Shown one piece after another: positions 40,450 through 52,922 of a stretch of DNA of 64,000 bases. The notes under the pieces were generated by a model. It made no database searches, was not told the DNA's origin, and was given only the letters and a program-made list of their open reading frames with translations. The stretch is from Eledone cirrhosa (taxonomy: Eukaryota): NCBI GenBank assembly GCA_964016885.1, contig OZ024749.1, positions 9,672,001-9,736,000 on the forward strand. The letters run 5' to 3'. Position 1 is the stretch's first letter, and each line of letters begins with the position of its first letter. The position numbers and the translations under genes are program-made.

Positions 40450-40950
40450 ATGGCTTCTTATAGAGGCACAAGGCCAGCAATGTTGGCGGAAGGGGAAGTC
40501 AATTAAATCGACCCCACTGCGTTACTGGTACTTTATTTTATCAACCCTGTAAGGATGAAAGGCAAAGCTAGCCACAGTGGGATTTGAGCTCAGAACATAA
40601 AGAGCCATAACTCTATGCTACAAAGGGCCATAACTCTATGCTGCAAAGGGCCTTAACTCTATGCTGCAAAGCATGGTGTCTGATGCCCTACTGATACTGC
40701 CAATCCACCGCCCTGGTAATAATGATAATAATAATTATAATTGTTTCTACTTTAGGCACAAGGCCAGCAATTGGGGGTAGAGGGGAAAAGTCAATTAAAT
40801 CAATCCCAGTGTATTACTGGGATTGACTTTATTTTATTGACCCCGTAAGGATAAAAGACAAAGCTAACCGCAGCGGGATTTGAACCCAGAACGTAAAAGG
40901 AGGTAACTCTATGCCGCAAAGCATGCTGTCTGGCCGTCTACCAATACTCC
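40450..40950 (-). mobile_element. Two tandem SINE family B copies
   Basis: Two reverse-complement copies (about 40450-40712 and 40740-40950). Confidence 0.8.
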
Positions 40951-41038
40951 TAATGATAACAATAATAATAATACTGAGAACAATAATAGAATGTTTTAAA
41001 TAAAAATATGAAATTAGTTTGTAAAGAAATGATTTTAA

Positions 41039-41466
41039 CCCTTTAGCATTTACATTACTCTATATATACTATTGTATTTTCACAGTAAAGGCTTTACCTC
41101 ACATAATATCTCACATAACATTTACATTACTCTATATATACTATTGTATTTTCACAGTAAAGGCTTTACTTCACATAATATCTCACATAACATTTACATT
41201 ACTCTATATTTACTATTATATTTTCACAGTAAAGCTTTACCTCACAATATCTCACATAACATTTACATTATATATACTATTATATTTTCATGGTAAAGGC
41301 TTTACTTCACATAATTATCTCACATAATATCGAATCTATGAGATTTTGAAAGTATTTATTTTGAGAACAATACCTTAACATCAGTTTGAGCGACCAGTTA
41401 CAGCCAGTTTCAACAGAAAGAGGTAGAGAATTCTGGCAGGTTTTGGCCAGTTTGAACATTAAAGGG
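41039..41466. mobile_element. piggyBac-type MITE with an internal ~81-bp triplication
   Basis: TTAA-ccctttagcattta...aacattaaaggg-TTAA; related copy at 63581-63796. Confidence 0.85.
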
Positions 41467-41567
41467 TTAAATTATTTCAAATAGTTTGCTGTTGATTTAA
41501 CTATTTCAGTAAATACTTGGTGTGGTAATAAAGTCTTTAGAATAACCCTTTAAATGAAAATGCACAT

Positions 41568-41951
41568 TATCATCATCATCACCGTTTTACGTTCATTCTT
41601 CCACGCTAGCATGGATTGTCCTGTTGTGGGCAGTGTCCGGTTGGCTAACCATGTCTTGTTCATACGGGAACAGATTCTGGCTTGATTTCTACAGCTGGAT
41701 GCCCTTCATAACACAAACCTCATTTACAGTGTGGGCTGGGTGCTTTTTTGCCGTGGCACCTCCACGACCACTTTGTAGTGGAATGATTTGGACCCCAGTC
41801 CCTATCATCTCATTTCTACAGCTGAGTAAACTGGAGCAATGTGAAATAAAGTGTCTTGCTCAAGGAAACAACACATCACCCGGTCCGAGAATTGAACTCA
41901 CAACCTTTCGATTGCAAGCCCAATGCTCTAACCACTAAGCTATGCGCCTTC
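41568..41951 (-). mobile_element. SINE family A variant with a LINE-B tail
   Basis: Same head and body as the other copies, but the 3' end matches 63400-63516. Confidence 0.85.
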
Positions 41952-41994
41952 ATGTGCACAACATATTGAAACTAAAATTTATTTATTCTACAAA

Positions 41995-42150
41995 ACAAAA
42001 TCTCCATTGAATGAACATCTTTACAGTGCTTCTGCAAAGCATTTAATTCTTTCTGGAACTGTTCCATTGACAATTTCCGAAACCAACACAACGATTCATC
42101 TACCACCTCTTGACAGGAATGCACTTCTGTCAGAATTGTGTGGTGGTTTT
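41995..42150 (-). pseudogene. Mariner transposase C-terminal relic
   Basis: EVVDESLCWFRKLSMEQFQKELNALQKHCKDV resembles the mariner C-terminus. Confidence 0.4.
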
Positions 42151-42221
42151 TTTTTCAATTTAATGTTCCAGATCATGGTAATGATCATTATTATCATCAT
42201 CATCATTATTATCATCATCAA

Positions 42222-42410
42222 GGGCGGTGGATTGGCAGTGTCGGTGGAGGGTCGGACGCCATGCTTTCCAGCATAGTTACGTCCCTTTACGGTCTGAGTT
42301 CAAATCCCGCCGAGGTTAACTTTGCCTTTCATCCTTACGGGGTCGATAAAATAAAGTACCAGTAATGTACTGGTTAATTGCTGGCCTTGTGCCAAAAGTA
42401 GAAACAATTA
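42222..42410 (+). mobile_element. SINE family B
   Basis: ggcggtggattggcag...gagttcaaatcccgccgagg...ggggtcgataaaataaagtaccag. Confidence 0.88.
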
Positions 42411-42640
42411 TCATCATCATCATCATCACCATCACCTTACGTCCGCTTTTCCCTGCTTGCAAGGGTTGGACAGGTCCTATTCAGCACAGCATCTCTCCAC
42501 TTGTCACGATCCTTCGTCATCTCCTCCGTGAGTTTCAACAATCTGAGGTCTGCCCTCAACTCCTCCGCCCATGTTTTTCGTGGTCTTCCTCTACTGCGTC
42601 TTCCTTCCACTGGGATTTATTGGCACTTCTTTACCCTATC
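42411..42640 (-). mobile_element. RTE LINE family A 3' fragment
   Basis: Matches 50516-50730. Confidence 0.85.
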
Positions 42641-42644
42641 TTCA

Positions 42645-43160
42645 CCACCACGTGGAATACTACAACTCCACACTAGGAAGAGCTGGATACAAAGATAAGA
42701 TCACCTGCAATGACCAGACTGACAACACAAGGTTACACAATCAACAGAGGTCATTAGCAACATCTATTGATAAGAGCTTCCCCCTGCCTAGGATAACTAC
42801 CTCTCATTAGCCAATAGGACAGATAACGACACATACCACACCCAGGGAGGCAAAGCCATAGCCTCCTACCCCTTCTAAGGACAGGACACCCAGCACACAA
42901 ATACAAACTAATAGGAATGGAGGACTAAATGGTACAAACTACTCCAGATCACACTAGACAGTTTCACCTGACCACCAGACACCTACAAACACACCAAGCC
43001 ACAACAATCACACTAGATGTTGTAGGACCCGGAGTAGACCCATGACATGGTACAATGCCCTGTACTTGACACACGTTGCTACCAATGTCCCTGGAACATA
43101 CTTCAGGGGCCTCAACCAATCCTTTCCACCCACACACAAATACCACAAGTTCTTTAATTC
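42645..43160 (+). pseudogene. Decayed Penelope-like RT C-terminal/linker region
   Basis: HVEYYNSTLGRAGYKDKI and WYNALYLTHVATNVPGTYFRGLNQSFPPTHKYHKFFN resemble the PLE motifs Y-N-x-AL-x-x-SGY and WFNPPYS-x-NV-x-TNIG...HFP..H-x-LHKIFN (recalled). Confidence 0.65.
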
Positions 43161-44364
43161 ATTACCATTGTTTTTTCTCGTTAATATTATATTCTTTATC
43201 ATAATGACCATGTATTGACCACGCTCCCCCACATGAACAGACACACACCAGACACCACCAGCATCCTATTAATTACTTTCATTTGTATCATCAATTTTAT
43301 CATTGTTATTATTACTATTACATGAGCGGTGGATTGGCAGTATCGGTAGAGGGTCAGACGCCATGCTTTGACACATAGAGTTACGACCCTTGCCATTCTG
43401 AGTTCAAATCCTGCCGAGGTTAACTTTGCCTTTCATCCTTACGGGGTCAATAAAACAATTATTATTATTACATTTATTTCCTATTACTATCAACATTTTC
43501 ACCCTTCTTATACATATCCAACTAAATTTGTTTTACCACCATATATTCCTCTAGAGTATTTATCTAGGTGTACTGTTAGTGCATACATTTATACTTGTGT
43601 CTGTATATATATATATGGGTATACACTTGCAGACTGATATAGTTGTATGAATGTCTGGGAGTATGAGTACGTATATATCTGAGTGTGTGTATATATGCAG
43701 GGGTACAGACATGTATATGTGTATATGCGTGGGTGTGTGTCTATGGCTATGAATACTCTGTATATGAGTGTGTATGTGTACCGGTGTATAAGTTAGGCCA
43801 TATAGTTAGTATAGCAACTGTTTCATTTATTCATTCATCTATTTATTTATATTCATTTCACACACTAACCACAATCTTGATCACTGTTTCTCTAGTACAA
43901 AAAACCCCTTTAAGAATATAGATAGTTTACATACTAAGCACACCACAGAAAATGTGAGACCCCCTACCCACCACAGCAGTATCCTTATCCCTAACCTAGG
44001 TTTAATTTACTTTTATTTATTTTCTTTTATTCCTCTCAGACAAACCTCTGACCAACAGAAATCCCCTTAGTACAACACCACACTCTTTCATCTCCCATCA
44101 CGTATAACCCATAGCCACCACCACCACATATACACCATAATGTCTATGAAACAGCCAAAACACCACACCTTCGCAACTCACACCAACCATCGCTCCACAC
44201 CACCACCTCTTCACTATAATCCTTCCCCCCACCTATCACACACACCAAAACATTCCTTATAGCAAAACCACCAATCAAAACGAAATTAACTGACCACCAT
44301 AAATAAATGTGAACCGTTATAGACATTTCTACACCCTACAGGTTCATTCTGTCATTACCACAAC

Positions 44365-44455
44365 AGAGGTCTGATGAGCTTTTGATTCCATAGTCGGGCT
44401 AGATTGATACAGATCGAAACTTGAGCTGATCAATTGTGAAACACACGTCACTACT
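44365..44455 (+). ncRNA. Hammerhead motif with 60-nt stem II domain (family 5)
   Basis: agaggt-CTGATGA-...ttgatt..gatcaa..-GAAAC acac GTC-actact; imperfect stem I; downstream of the Penelope RT relic on the same strand. Confidence 0.5.
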
Positions 44456-44518
44456 CAATAAACGTAATGAAGGCTTAACAAATTGTCATTGTATTATTAT
44501 ATTATTATCTATATATGT

Positions 44519-44859
44519 GGAGGCACATGTCTTAGTGGTTAGAGCATTGGCCTTGCAATCGAAAGGTTGTGAGTTCAATTCTCAGACCGGGTGATGTGTT
44601 GTTTCCTTGAGCAAGACACTTTATTTCACATTACTCCAGTTTACTCAGCTGTAGAAATGAGATGATAGGGACTGAGGTCCAAATGATTCCACTGCAAAGT
44701 GGTTGTGGGGGTGCCACGGCAAAAAAGCACCCAGCACTCACTGTAAATGAGGTTGGTGTTAGGAAGGGCATCCAGCTGTAGAAATCAAGCCAGAATCAGT
44801 TCCCGTCCCACCCTTGCAAGCAGGGAAAAAGCGGACGTAAAATGAAATGATGAATGATG
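44519..44859 (+). mobile_element. tRNA-derived SINE, family A
   Basis: Full-length copy. Confidence 0.9.
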
Positions 44860-45384
44860 AAATGATATGTGTAGCCATAATTGTTCCAGTAAGTAAGCTT
44901 CATCCTTTTGATGACACCGTGTAAGAATGTGTTGAAAAGACTCTGTTGTAGTAGAGAAAATATTTCTTTATACTGCCATAGTAATAATCTTATCAGTGGT
45001 CGATATCCAATAAAATATCTCTTCTTTTCACACTGATTCAACTCAAATTTAAAACAATAAATATCTTTCTATCACAGATATTGTTATAAATATATATATA
45101 TTATCTGTGATGTGAAATAGGAAAAGGAATTTTAATTATTTCAATAAGGAAATCTATAGGCTAGATTTATGTCAACATTGGACACGTAAATGTTGCATAT
45201 ACAATATGTATATATGTATATATGTATATATGTATGTATGTATGTGTATATATATATATATATAAATGTGTGTATGAACAAATTTAAAACATCATCATCT
45301 AATATTCTCTGCTAATGTGTGAATGTATATGTATATATATGTACACATCTATGTATGCGTGAATGTATGCGTATGTATGTATGT

Positions 45385-45997
45385 TTGTTTGCAATGGACC
45401 TGACACTTCTGTTGAATGGAGGACAATCGACTCACAAAACAACTTTTGTATGGCGAGCTTTGTAAATGTAAGAGACCACCTCTCAAGTCAAACTTCAATT
45501 CAAAGATTGTTTAAAGGAGCCATTGAAAAGAACTTCTTCGATGGTGGCTGACTGGGAGATAGAAACTCTTGAAAGAGAAACTTGGCATGGAATGGTGAAT
45601 GATGGGGTCCATAAGTTTGATGAAGACAGACGCATTGATCACGAGAAGATCAAACAGGATGTGCATAAGTAATGCCCTGGTGTATCTCACGAAATGATCG
45701 GTGTCTCCATTGAATTGAAGTGCCCTGAGTGTGGAAAAATTTGCTTGAGCAAATCTGGTCTCAGGAGCCACAGTCACAGCCATGTTCAAAGAGAACCAGT
45801 GAACTATGATCTCCACGGTGTTGTGAAGGATCACAGGCAACCTGATGTAAGACCTGAGGCCAGGGAAATCCATAGTTGGCATCAATATGCGAAGGAATGC
45901 AAGTCTCTAGCAGGCTTGAAAAGCCATATCCGAGTGTCACACATCTGAATCTGACAAGCGATTGCTATACTCTTAGTGTGAGTTTGCAGCCATCATG
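45385..45997 (+). mobile_element. RTE-type LINE 3' end with C2H2 zinc fingers
   Basis: LKCPECGKICLSKSGLRSHSHSH and CKSLAGLKSHIRV after a W...G...F motif; stops present; tail ends gcagccatcatg. Confidence 0.65.
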
Positions 45998-46404
45998 TAT
46001 ATATGTATATAAGTATGTATGTGTGTATGTATGTATGAAGTTCCTCTATATGTCTTGTGTTACCATGGATCTGTACCTAGAAATTGATCCCGAAGACACA
46101 GGCTTGAAAAGTTTTTCTTGTTTTTTCTTATAAAAGACCAACAGTTGCCTATGTATGCCAGTCTCCCCACTCCATACCACTAATTCATCTAAGAGAAAAT
46201 CAAGACCTGATACAGCTTGGCACCAGTGACATTGCTTTCAGAATAGAAATGAGCTGGAAGAAATACTGCAATAAACCTGCTATAGACTGGCTAATTATAC
46301 TGATCCTAGTATTGTACTGCTACTTTATCTTGTCAACTGCAAACAATTGGAAAGAAAGTGTAGCTGGCCACATTACTCAGAACACAAAAGGCAGGAAAAA
46401 ATAA

Positions 46405-47320
46405 TGATTTCTACTAAAGGCACAAGGCCAGCAATTTGGGGAAAGGGGCAAGTTGATTAAATCGACCCCAGTGCATTACTGGTACTTTATTCAACCTTGT
46501 AAGGATGAAAGGCAAAGTTATCCTTGGCAGGATTTGAACACAGAACGTAAAGAACCATGACTATATGCCATAAAGCATGTTGTCCGGCGCTCTTCTAAGG
46601 CTGGAATAATTAATACGAAGCATTTGGCCTGTACTCTAAATAGTTCTGCCAAATTACAGCCTTTAGAAAGAAAAAAAGAATTGATCAACAAGAACCCAGA
46701 TCTTATTTACTGAGTGGGCTGGAACTCCTTAAATCGAACCAAGGAAACAATGTTTCCATTGGTCTTTCCATTGCTGATACTATCTACTGGTCACAACTCA
46801 TGGCAGAAGGAGCAATGTGAAATAAAGTCTCTTTCTCAAGGATAGAAGGCATCACCTGGTCTAGGAATCGAACTAGCAACCTCAGGATTGCGAATCCAAT
46901 TCTCTAACCACTAAACCAACAATAATATTTCTTTCTAGCATTCACACAAGACCAACAATTCGGAGTCAAGTTGACAGTTGATTATGTCCCCCCACCCTCA
47001 CTACTTAACTGGTACTTTATTTTATCAACACCAGAAGAAAGAAAGGCAAAGTTGTATTGAACTGAGAAATAGTCAGAATCAACAGTACAAGACATTTTGT
47101 CAAATGTTCTAATGACTCTGATATAATGTTGGTTTCTAATTTAGGCAGAAGGCCAGGAATTTGGTGAGGGGGGAGTCTATAACTGGTACTTTATTTTATC
47201 TACTCCAGAAGAATGAAAAGCAAAGTTGATCTTGGTGGGATTTGAACTCATAATTAGACATAACTATATGCCGCAAAGCTTGTCATCCTGTGCTCTACCG
47301 ATACTGCTAATCCACCGCCT
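46405..47320 (-). mobile_element. Cluster of old SINEs (family B and an older family A-like head)
   Basis: Repeated gaaaggcaaagtt/ctggtacttta blocks; tRNA-like head at about 46805-46917. Confidence 0.7.
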
Positions 47321-47353
<33 letters not shown>

Positions 47354-47373
47354 TGCAAGTATTTCTACTTCAG

Positions 47374-47473
47374 GAAAATCTTTGAATTGGAGAATGAAAT
47401 TTACAATCAAGAATACCTCACTGTGAAAGAAGAGTTTGAAAAACTTAAAGACAAAAGAAATCTGACAGATTGA
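47374..47473 (+). CDS. Candidate terminal coding exon of an unidentified gene
   Basis: Acceptor tatttctacttcag| followed by phase-2 KIFELENEIYNQEYLTVKEEFEKLKDKRNLTD*; non-repetitive and protein-like, but no partner exon was identified. Confidence 0.3.
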
Positions 47474-47489
47474 AAGGAATATATTCTAT

Positions 47490-48400
47490 CTATCATGATA
47501 TTATGTCATTAATTATATCATATCTATGGTGATATCATACCTATGGTGATATCATATCTATCGTGATATTATGTCATTAATTATATCTATGGTTATATCA
47601 TACCTATTTTGATATTGTCATTGATTATATCATATCTATGGTGATATTGTCATTGATTATATCATATCTATCGTGATATTATGTCATTAATTATATCATA
47701 TCTACGGTGATATTATGTCATTGATTATATCATATCTATGGTGATATATCTATAGTGATATCATACCTATGCTGATATCATATCTATGGTGATATTATAT
47801 CTATGGTAATATCATATCTATCGTGATATTATGTCATTGATTATATCATATCTATGGTGATATCATATCTATCGTGATATTATGTCATTGATTATATCAT
47901 ATCTATGGTGATATCATACCTATGCTGATATCATATCTATGGTGATATCATATCTATGGTGATATCATATCTATGGTGATATTACAAGGGTTGGCTGAAA
48001 AGGTCATATGCTGACCAAGATACTCTCATGGAATGACCAAATGTTGTTTGTTTTTAAACATCGTCCCTGGAAAGAAACAATGCAGTTAAAATTAATGCAT
48101 GCAAGATTTCACAGCTCTAACATCACTCCTTCAGAGTCAGCCTATGAACTTTTCAGACACCCTTGAACATATACCATAGACGGTATTATAATATAGAAGA
48201 TATTATATCAATGTTGATAATATATCATAGATTATATTATATCATATGATATACAAGTTGATATCATATCTATGATGACATATAATCTGTCATATATCAT
48301 AGATGATATTACATCGATGTTGATATTATATTATAGATGATATTATATCCATGTTGGTATTATATTATAGATGATATTATATGATAGATGATATATCCAT
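47490..48400. repeat. ATATC/GATAT-rich minisatellite
   Basis: tatcatatctatggtga units, interrupted by a MITE. Confidence 0.85.
47985..48165. mobile_element. Mariner-type MITE
   Basis: TA-caagggttggctgaaaaggtcatatgctgac...gtcagcctatgaacttttcagacacccttg. Confidence 0.75.
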
Positions 48401-48539
48401 GATAAGAATCATTCCTTTTTCCTCAGATATTTGCAGTTGTTTTATGTATTTATTTCTCTATTTTGTTTAATTTATATTTTATATTGTTTTATTGTTAACT
48501 TTTGTTTTGTTCTGCAGAAATTATTTCTCTAAAAGCCTT

Positions 48540-48600
<61 letters not shown>

Positions 48601-48604
<4 letters not shown>

Positions 48605-48805
48605 GTAGAACACTGGAAGGTAATATCTGTAGTGGTAGAGCACTCAGTCCATGGGACGAGTTAGGTAGAAGTGGTTACACAACAGTTAGTTCACCATACC
48701 GAGAACAATTGTTTCACCTTAGCAGATCCTCATTACGAGCTGAGGATCCGCTAAGGTGGAACAATTGTTCTCGGTATGGTGGACTAACTGTTGTGTAACC
48801 ACTTC

Positions 48806-48807
<2 letters not shown>
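48601..48807. mobile_element. Fold-back cassette with hammerhead (family 6)
   Basis: Arms 48666-48732 and 48741-48807. At 48736-48773(+): cgag-CTGAGGA-tcc gctaa ggt-GGAA-CAATTG-TT-ctcg; the other arm retains GAAA. Tail 48601-48665; (TA)n both sides. Confidence 0.85.
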
Positions 48808-48845
<38 letters not shown>

Positions 48846-48887
48846 TAGATAAATATACACGGGTGTGTATGATTGTGTATAGAAGAT

Positions 48888-49232
48888 TATATTAATAAGA
48901 GGAATTCCAACTTTGTCTGATTTACTCGTTTTATTTACAATCCTTTAAAATTTATAATGGTATTATAATGAAATAGTATGATAGAATATTAAATTTTAAG
49001 TGTTAATTGAACAAGTACTTTCATGCTTTTGCAATCTGTTGAAAATTGCAAACTTGACTGTCACCACATATTATGAACCTGAAGATTGCGAAAGCATGAA
49101 AGTACTTGTTCAATTAACACTTAGAATTTAATATTCTATCATACTATTTCATTATAATACCATTATAAATTTTAAAGGATTGTAAATAAAACGAGTAAAT
49201 CAGACAAAGTTGGAATTCCTCTTATTAATATA
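48888..49232. mobile_element. Fold-back cassette with hammerhead (family 7)
   Basis: 150-bp arms 48888-49037 and 49083-49232, 45-nt spacer. Confidence 0.9.
49074..49112 (+). ncRNA. Minimal type I hammerhead ribozyme (family 7)
   Basis: tgaac-CTGAAGA-tTGC gaaa GCAt-GAAA-GTAC-TT-gttca; palindromic stem III AAGTACTT. Confidence 0.85.
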
Positions 49233-49446
49233 TATATATATATATATATACATATATATATCATCATCATCATCATCATTTTACGTCCATTTTTGCCTGC
49301 TTGCAAGGGTATGTATGTATATATATATATGTATATATATATATATGTATGTACGTATGTGTGTGTGTGGTAGGTGGCTGAGAGAAAGGAGTACTCAATA
49401 CCAAAGCAGAGTTTTAATATTCATTTTATTAAGGCTAAATAGTGAG

Positions 49447-49496
49447 TCTTGTTTCTCTAGAATTTCACCTGTTCATCACATGGTCATCAGACAAGA
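49447..49496 (-). ncRNA. Degenerate hammerhead (family 8)
   Basis: tcttgt-CTGATGA-cc...ggt-GAAA-ttctagag-AA-acaaga; stem I and core present, but the NUH site lacks its U. Confidence 0.5.
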
Positions 49497-49662
49497 ACTC
49501 TTAATAAAATGAATATATATATATATATATAAACAAAGGGATATTTAATTTGTTGGTAATTCAACAAATATATTTATAACAGATTCGAAGCACTTGACAA
49601 GTTTTCTAGAGTATAATATCAATGATATTAATGAATGGAAACTATATTCATAAAACCATATT

Positions 49663-49723
49663 TATTCTATTATATATATTTCAAGGGTACCAAAACTTTG
49701 GTACGCACTCATCAGATAAAATA
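49663..49723 (-). ncRNA. Type I hammerhead ribozyme (family 9)
   Basis: Mirror of 49841-49901. Confidence 0.82.
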
Positions 49724-49840
49724 CAAAGTTTGTTTTATAAATATTGACATATCCAAGAATGAGACCTTAACTATCCAGGTGAAACTTGAACCGTTAAGGT
49801 CTCATTCCTGGATATGTCAATATTTATAAAACAAACTTTG

Positions 49841-49901
49841 TATTTTATCTGATGAGAGCGTACCAAAGTTTTGGTACCCTTGAAATATATATAATAGAAT
49901 A
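49841..49901 (+). ncRNA. Type I hammerhead ribozyme (family 9)
   Basis: tattttat-CTGATGA-gagc GTACCAA agtt TTGGTAC cctt-GAAA-TATATA-TA-atagaata. Confidence 0.85.
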
Positions 49902-49942
49902 AATATGGTTTTATAAATATAGTTTCCATTTATTAATATCAT

Positions 49943-49975
<33 letters not shown>

Positions 49976-50184
49976 CCCAAACACAGAAAATATCTGCAAC
50001 AGTCAATCACAATAAATAATAGCTTAGAAAAACAAGTAAAATATGCCTGGTGAGTTTAAATACCACTGAGGCACACTTTTCCTTTCATCCTTATAGGATC
50101 AATAAAATAAAGTACCAGTAATGCAACTTTCTCATCCCACCAAAATTATTGGCCTTGTGCCAAAATCAGAAGCCATTATTTAAA

Positions 50185-50372
50185 GGGCAGTGGATTGGCA
50201 GTATCGGTAGAGGGTCGGACGCCATTCTTTGCAGCAGTTACGTCCCTTTATGGCCCGAGTTCAAATCCCGCCGAGGTTAACTTTGCCTTTCATCCTTACG
50301 GGGTCGATAAAATAAAGTACCAGTAATACACTGGGATAATTGCTGGCCTTGTTCCTAAAGTAGAAACAATTA
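50185..50372 (+). mobile_element. SINE family B (preceded by a partial copy at 50050-50180)
   Basis: Matches 42222-42410. Confidence 0.85.
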
Positions 50373-50426
50373 TTTAAAGCAATTGACTGTTACAATTATT
50401 TTCCACATTTGGGATTACCAGATTTT

Positions 50427-50471
<45 letters not shown>

Positions 50472-50515
50472 GTGTGTCCATCATTCCATTGTTTTTTCCT
50501 TTTTTTCAAATATAT

Positions 50516-51265
50516 ATCATCATCATCATTTTACATCCGCTCTTCCCTGCTTGCAAGGGTGGGACGGGTCTTATTCAGCACAGCATCTCTCCACTCGTCA
50601 CGGTCCTTCGTCATCTCCACCGTGAGCTTCAGCGATCTGAGGTCTGTTCTCACCACCTCCGCCCATGTTTTTCGTGGTCTACCTCTACCACGTCTTCCTT
50701 CAACTGGCATTTCCTGGCACTTCTTCACCCATCGGTCATCCTCCATGCGCATCACATGTCCATACCACCTCAGTCTCCTCTCCCGTACACTACATTCTAT
50801 CCCTCTCAAACACAGTTTCTCTCTCAACACATTCATGCTGGGTCGTTCACGCACATTGACATTGCACATCCAACGGAGCATGCTTGCCTCATTTCTCTCC
50901 AGCTGTCGCATATCCTCTACAGTTGCTGCCCATGTCTCACTACCATGCAGCATCGCGCTCCTCACACAGGCATCATATAACCGGCCTTTCGTACGCAGGG
51001 AGAAACAGCTCCCTAAACTTCTTCCAACCCATCCTTATTCTAGATACTATGGCCTCGGAACACCCCCCTCCCATGCTAATCTGATCTCCTAGGTACCGGA
51101 AGCTATCCACCACTTCTATAGCACCCGCCTGCATTTGAAAATGTGTCTATCAATGCGACTTCTACTGTCTAATTTCCCTGTACATCTACTGCATACGTAT
51201 TTCTCCCTACCTGTTAGTTTGCCTGCTCTACTGCATACATATTTCTCCCTACCTGTTAGTTTGCC
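50516..51265 (-). mobile_element. 5'-truncated RTE LINE family A
   Basis: DSFRYLGD...GWKKFREL...MLHGSETW...RRLRWYGHVMRM...GRGRPRKTW and an (ATG)n tail. Confidence 0.93.
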
Positions 51266-51484
51266 TGCTATATACATATATAGTTTGCTTGCTATATATA
51301 TATATACATATATATGTGTATGTGTCCATCATTCCATTGTTTTTTTCCATTGTCTTATTGTCTTTGTCCTATGCAACACCAATTTTGAACATTTATATAT
51401 ATATATATATACACATATATATATATATACACATATGAGAATGTTCTAGTTTACTTGAAATATTGTGTAATGTGTAAAAAAAAA

Positions 51485-51861
51485 TAGTGTTTTGTCTGAA
51501 AGCTGCCACAATGTAAATTAAACAGTAAATGTCAAAAATCTAATAACAATGATGTTGGGGTGTTGCAGTTCTGTATAGATCCTTATATTGGGGGATAAAG
51601 CCCCTTCAAAAGATTAATAGAAAAAACTACTTCAGAACATTTTTCGTCTCTTTTGAAATTTCAAAAAATGACAACTTAAGAGTAACAAAAAAGGCTGTAC
51701 TGCCTGAAATATTTTCTTCAATCAATTTTTGAAAAGGGGATTTTATCACAAAATATAAGGACCTGTAGAGAACTGTAAGGTAACACTCTAACATCATTGT
51801 TATTAAATTTTTAACATTTACCATCCAATTCACATTATGGTAGCTTTCATACTAAACACTA
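51485..51861. mobile_element. Old long-TIR MITE
   Basis: Imperfect ~140-bp inverted arms: tagtgttttgtctgaaagctgcca...tggtagctttcatactaaacacta. Confidence 0.75.
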
Positions 51862-51879
51862 TATATATATATATATATA

Positions 51880-52090
51880 CAGGGTATCCCAAAAAATGTA
51901 TATACACTTTGATTACCTGTACAGGCAATATTTATTAGAATGAACAGCCTTTCCCAAAAATAAAATTATTTACAGACATAATTCAATTGTATGTAAACAC
52001 CCAAAAATATTTAAATAATTCATATAAAACAGAATTTATTTTATTACATTGTTTAAAGTTTTTTTTTTGTATACATTTTTGAGATTTCTG
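51880..52090. mobile_element. Tc1/mariner-type MITE
   Basis: TA-cagggtatcccaaaaaatgtata...tatacatttttgagatttctg-TA. Confidence 0.7.
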
Positions 52091-52886
52091 TATATATTTA
52101 TATAAAACCTTGGCAGTTGTTTGTTTCTGTTATTATATTCTGTTATTCTAAAATAATAATAAATATGAGACAGTTTCATGGCTCAGTGTTAAATTGGTTA
52201 CATCTTCTGTTTTATTTCCATGATGTGTGAGACTGTGCTGGTAAATAACCTATCTGACCCATGTATGAGTGGAAAAATGAACATATAAATGGTGATGTTG
52301 ATAATGATGATGATGAACACATTCAGTTGTTAGTCACATACTATAATACTACTTGTTGCATTATATATATATGAGGAAATAATAGACAAAAATAAACCTA
52401 TTTTTTCTTCAAAGTCTGACTGCAGTTTCACCAATTGGTCTGCAGCAATCATGCACCAGAAAAGTATATATAGATATATAGATAGATAGATAGATATAGA
52501 TATATATGCATATATTTCTCTTCAATCCCATAAGCCCTGATGGATCATAGAGGTACTGTAGTGACATATAGCATTTCTTGGGCATTTTAAGCCTGGCAGA
52601 GACCCTCCCTCTCCAGGCCTGAGTACAGTAGATATCTCCCAGGGAAGGATAGAAAGTGACAGGTAGGGTGTGAGAAAGATATAGAGGAAGAATCGACCCC
52701 AGTACTAGTCTGGTATTTTTTTTATTGACTTTTAAAGGATGAAAGGCAAAGTTGACCTCAGCAGGATTTGAGCTCAGGGTGCAGGGAGCTGGCAACATGA
52801 ATGGAACTGTTATTTTTCTCTAAATTCAGTTTCTGTTACTGTCCATCTCCTCAGTCTTTCTAATTCTTCATTAATTTTTCATTCTT

Positions 52887-52922
52887 TCTTCTGATGAAGG
52901 ACTTGCGTCCGAAACGTTAAGA
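52887..52922 (+). ncRNA. Minimal type I hammerhead ribozyme (family 10)
   Basis: tctt-CTGATGA-aGGAC ttgc GTCC-GAAA-CG-TT-aaga; palindromic AACGTT, GUU site. Confidence 0.85.

Larger units (their letters stand above)
49616..49948. mobile_element. Fold-back cassette with a hammerhead in each arm (family 9)
   Basis: 156-bp arms 49616-49771 and 49793-49948, 21-nt spacer; left tail to ~49531; (TA)n both sides. Confidence 0.9.

Noticed and set aside
45159-45195. Possible micro-exon EIYRLDLCQHWT
   Set aside because: Weak acceptor, and its phase does not match the candidate exon at 47374.
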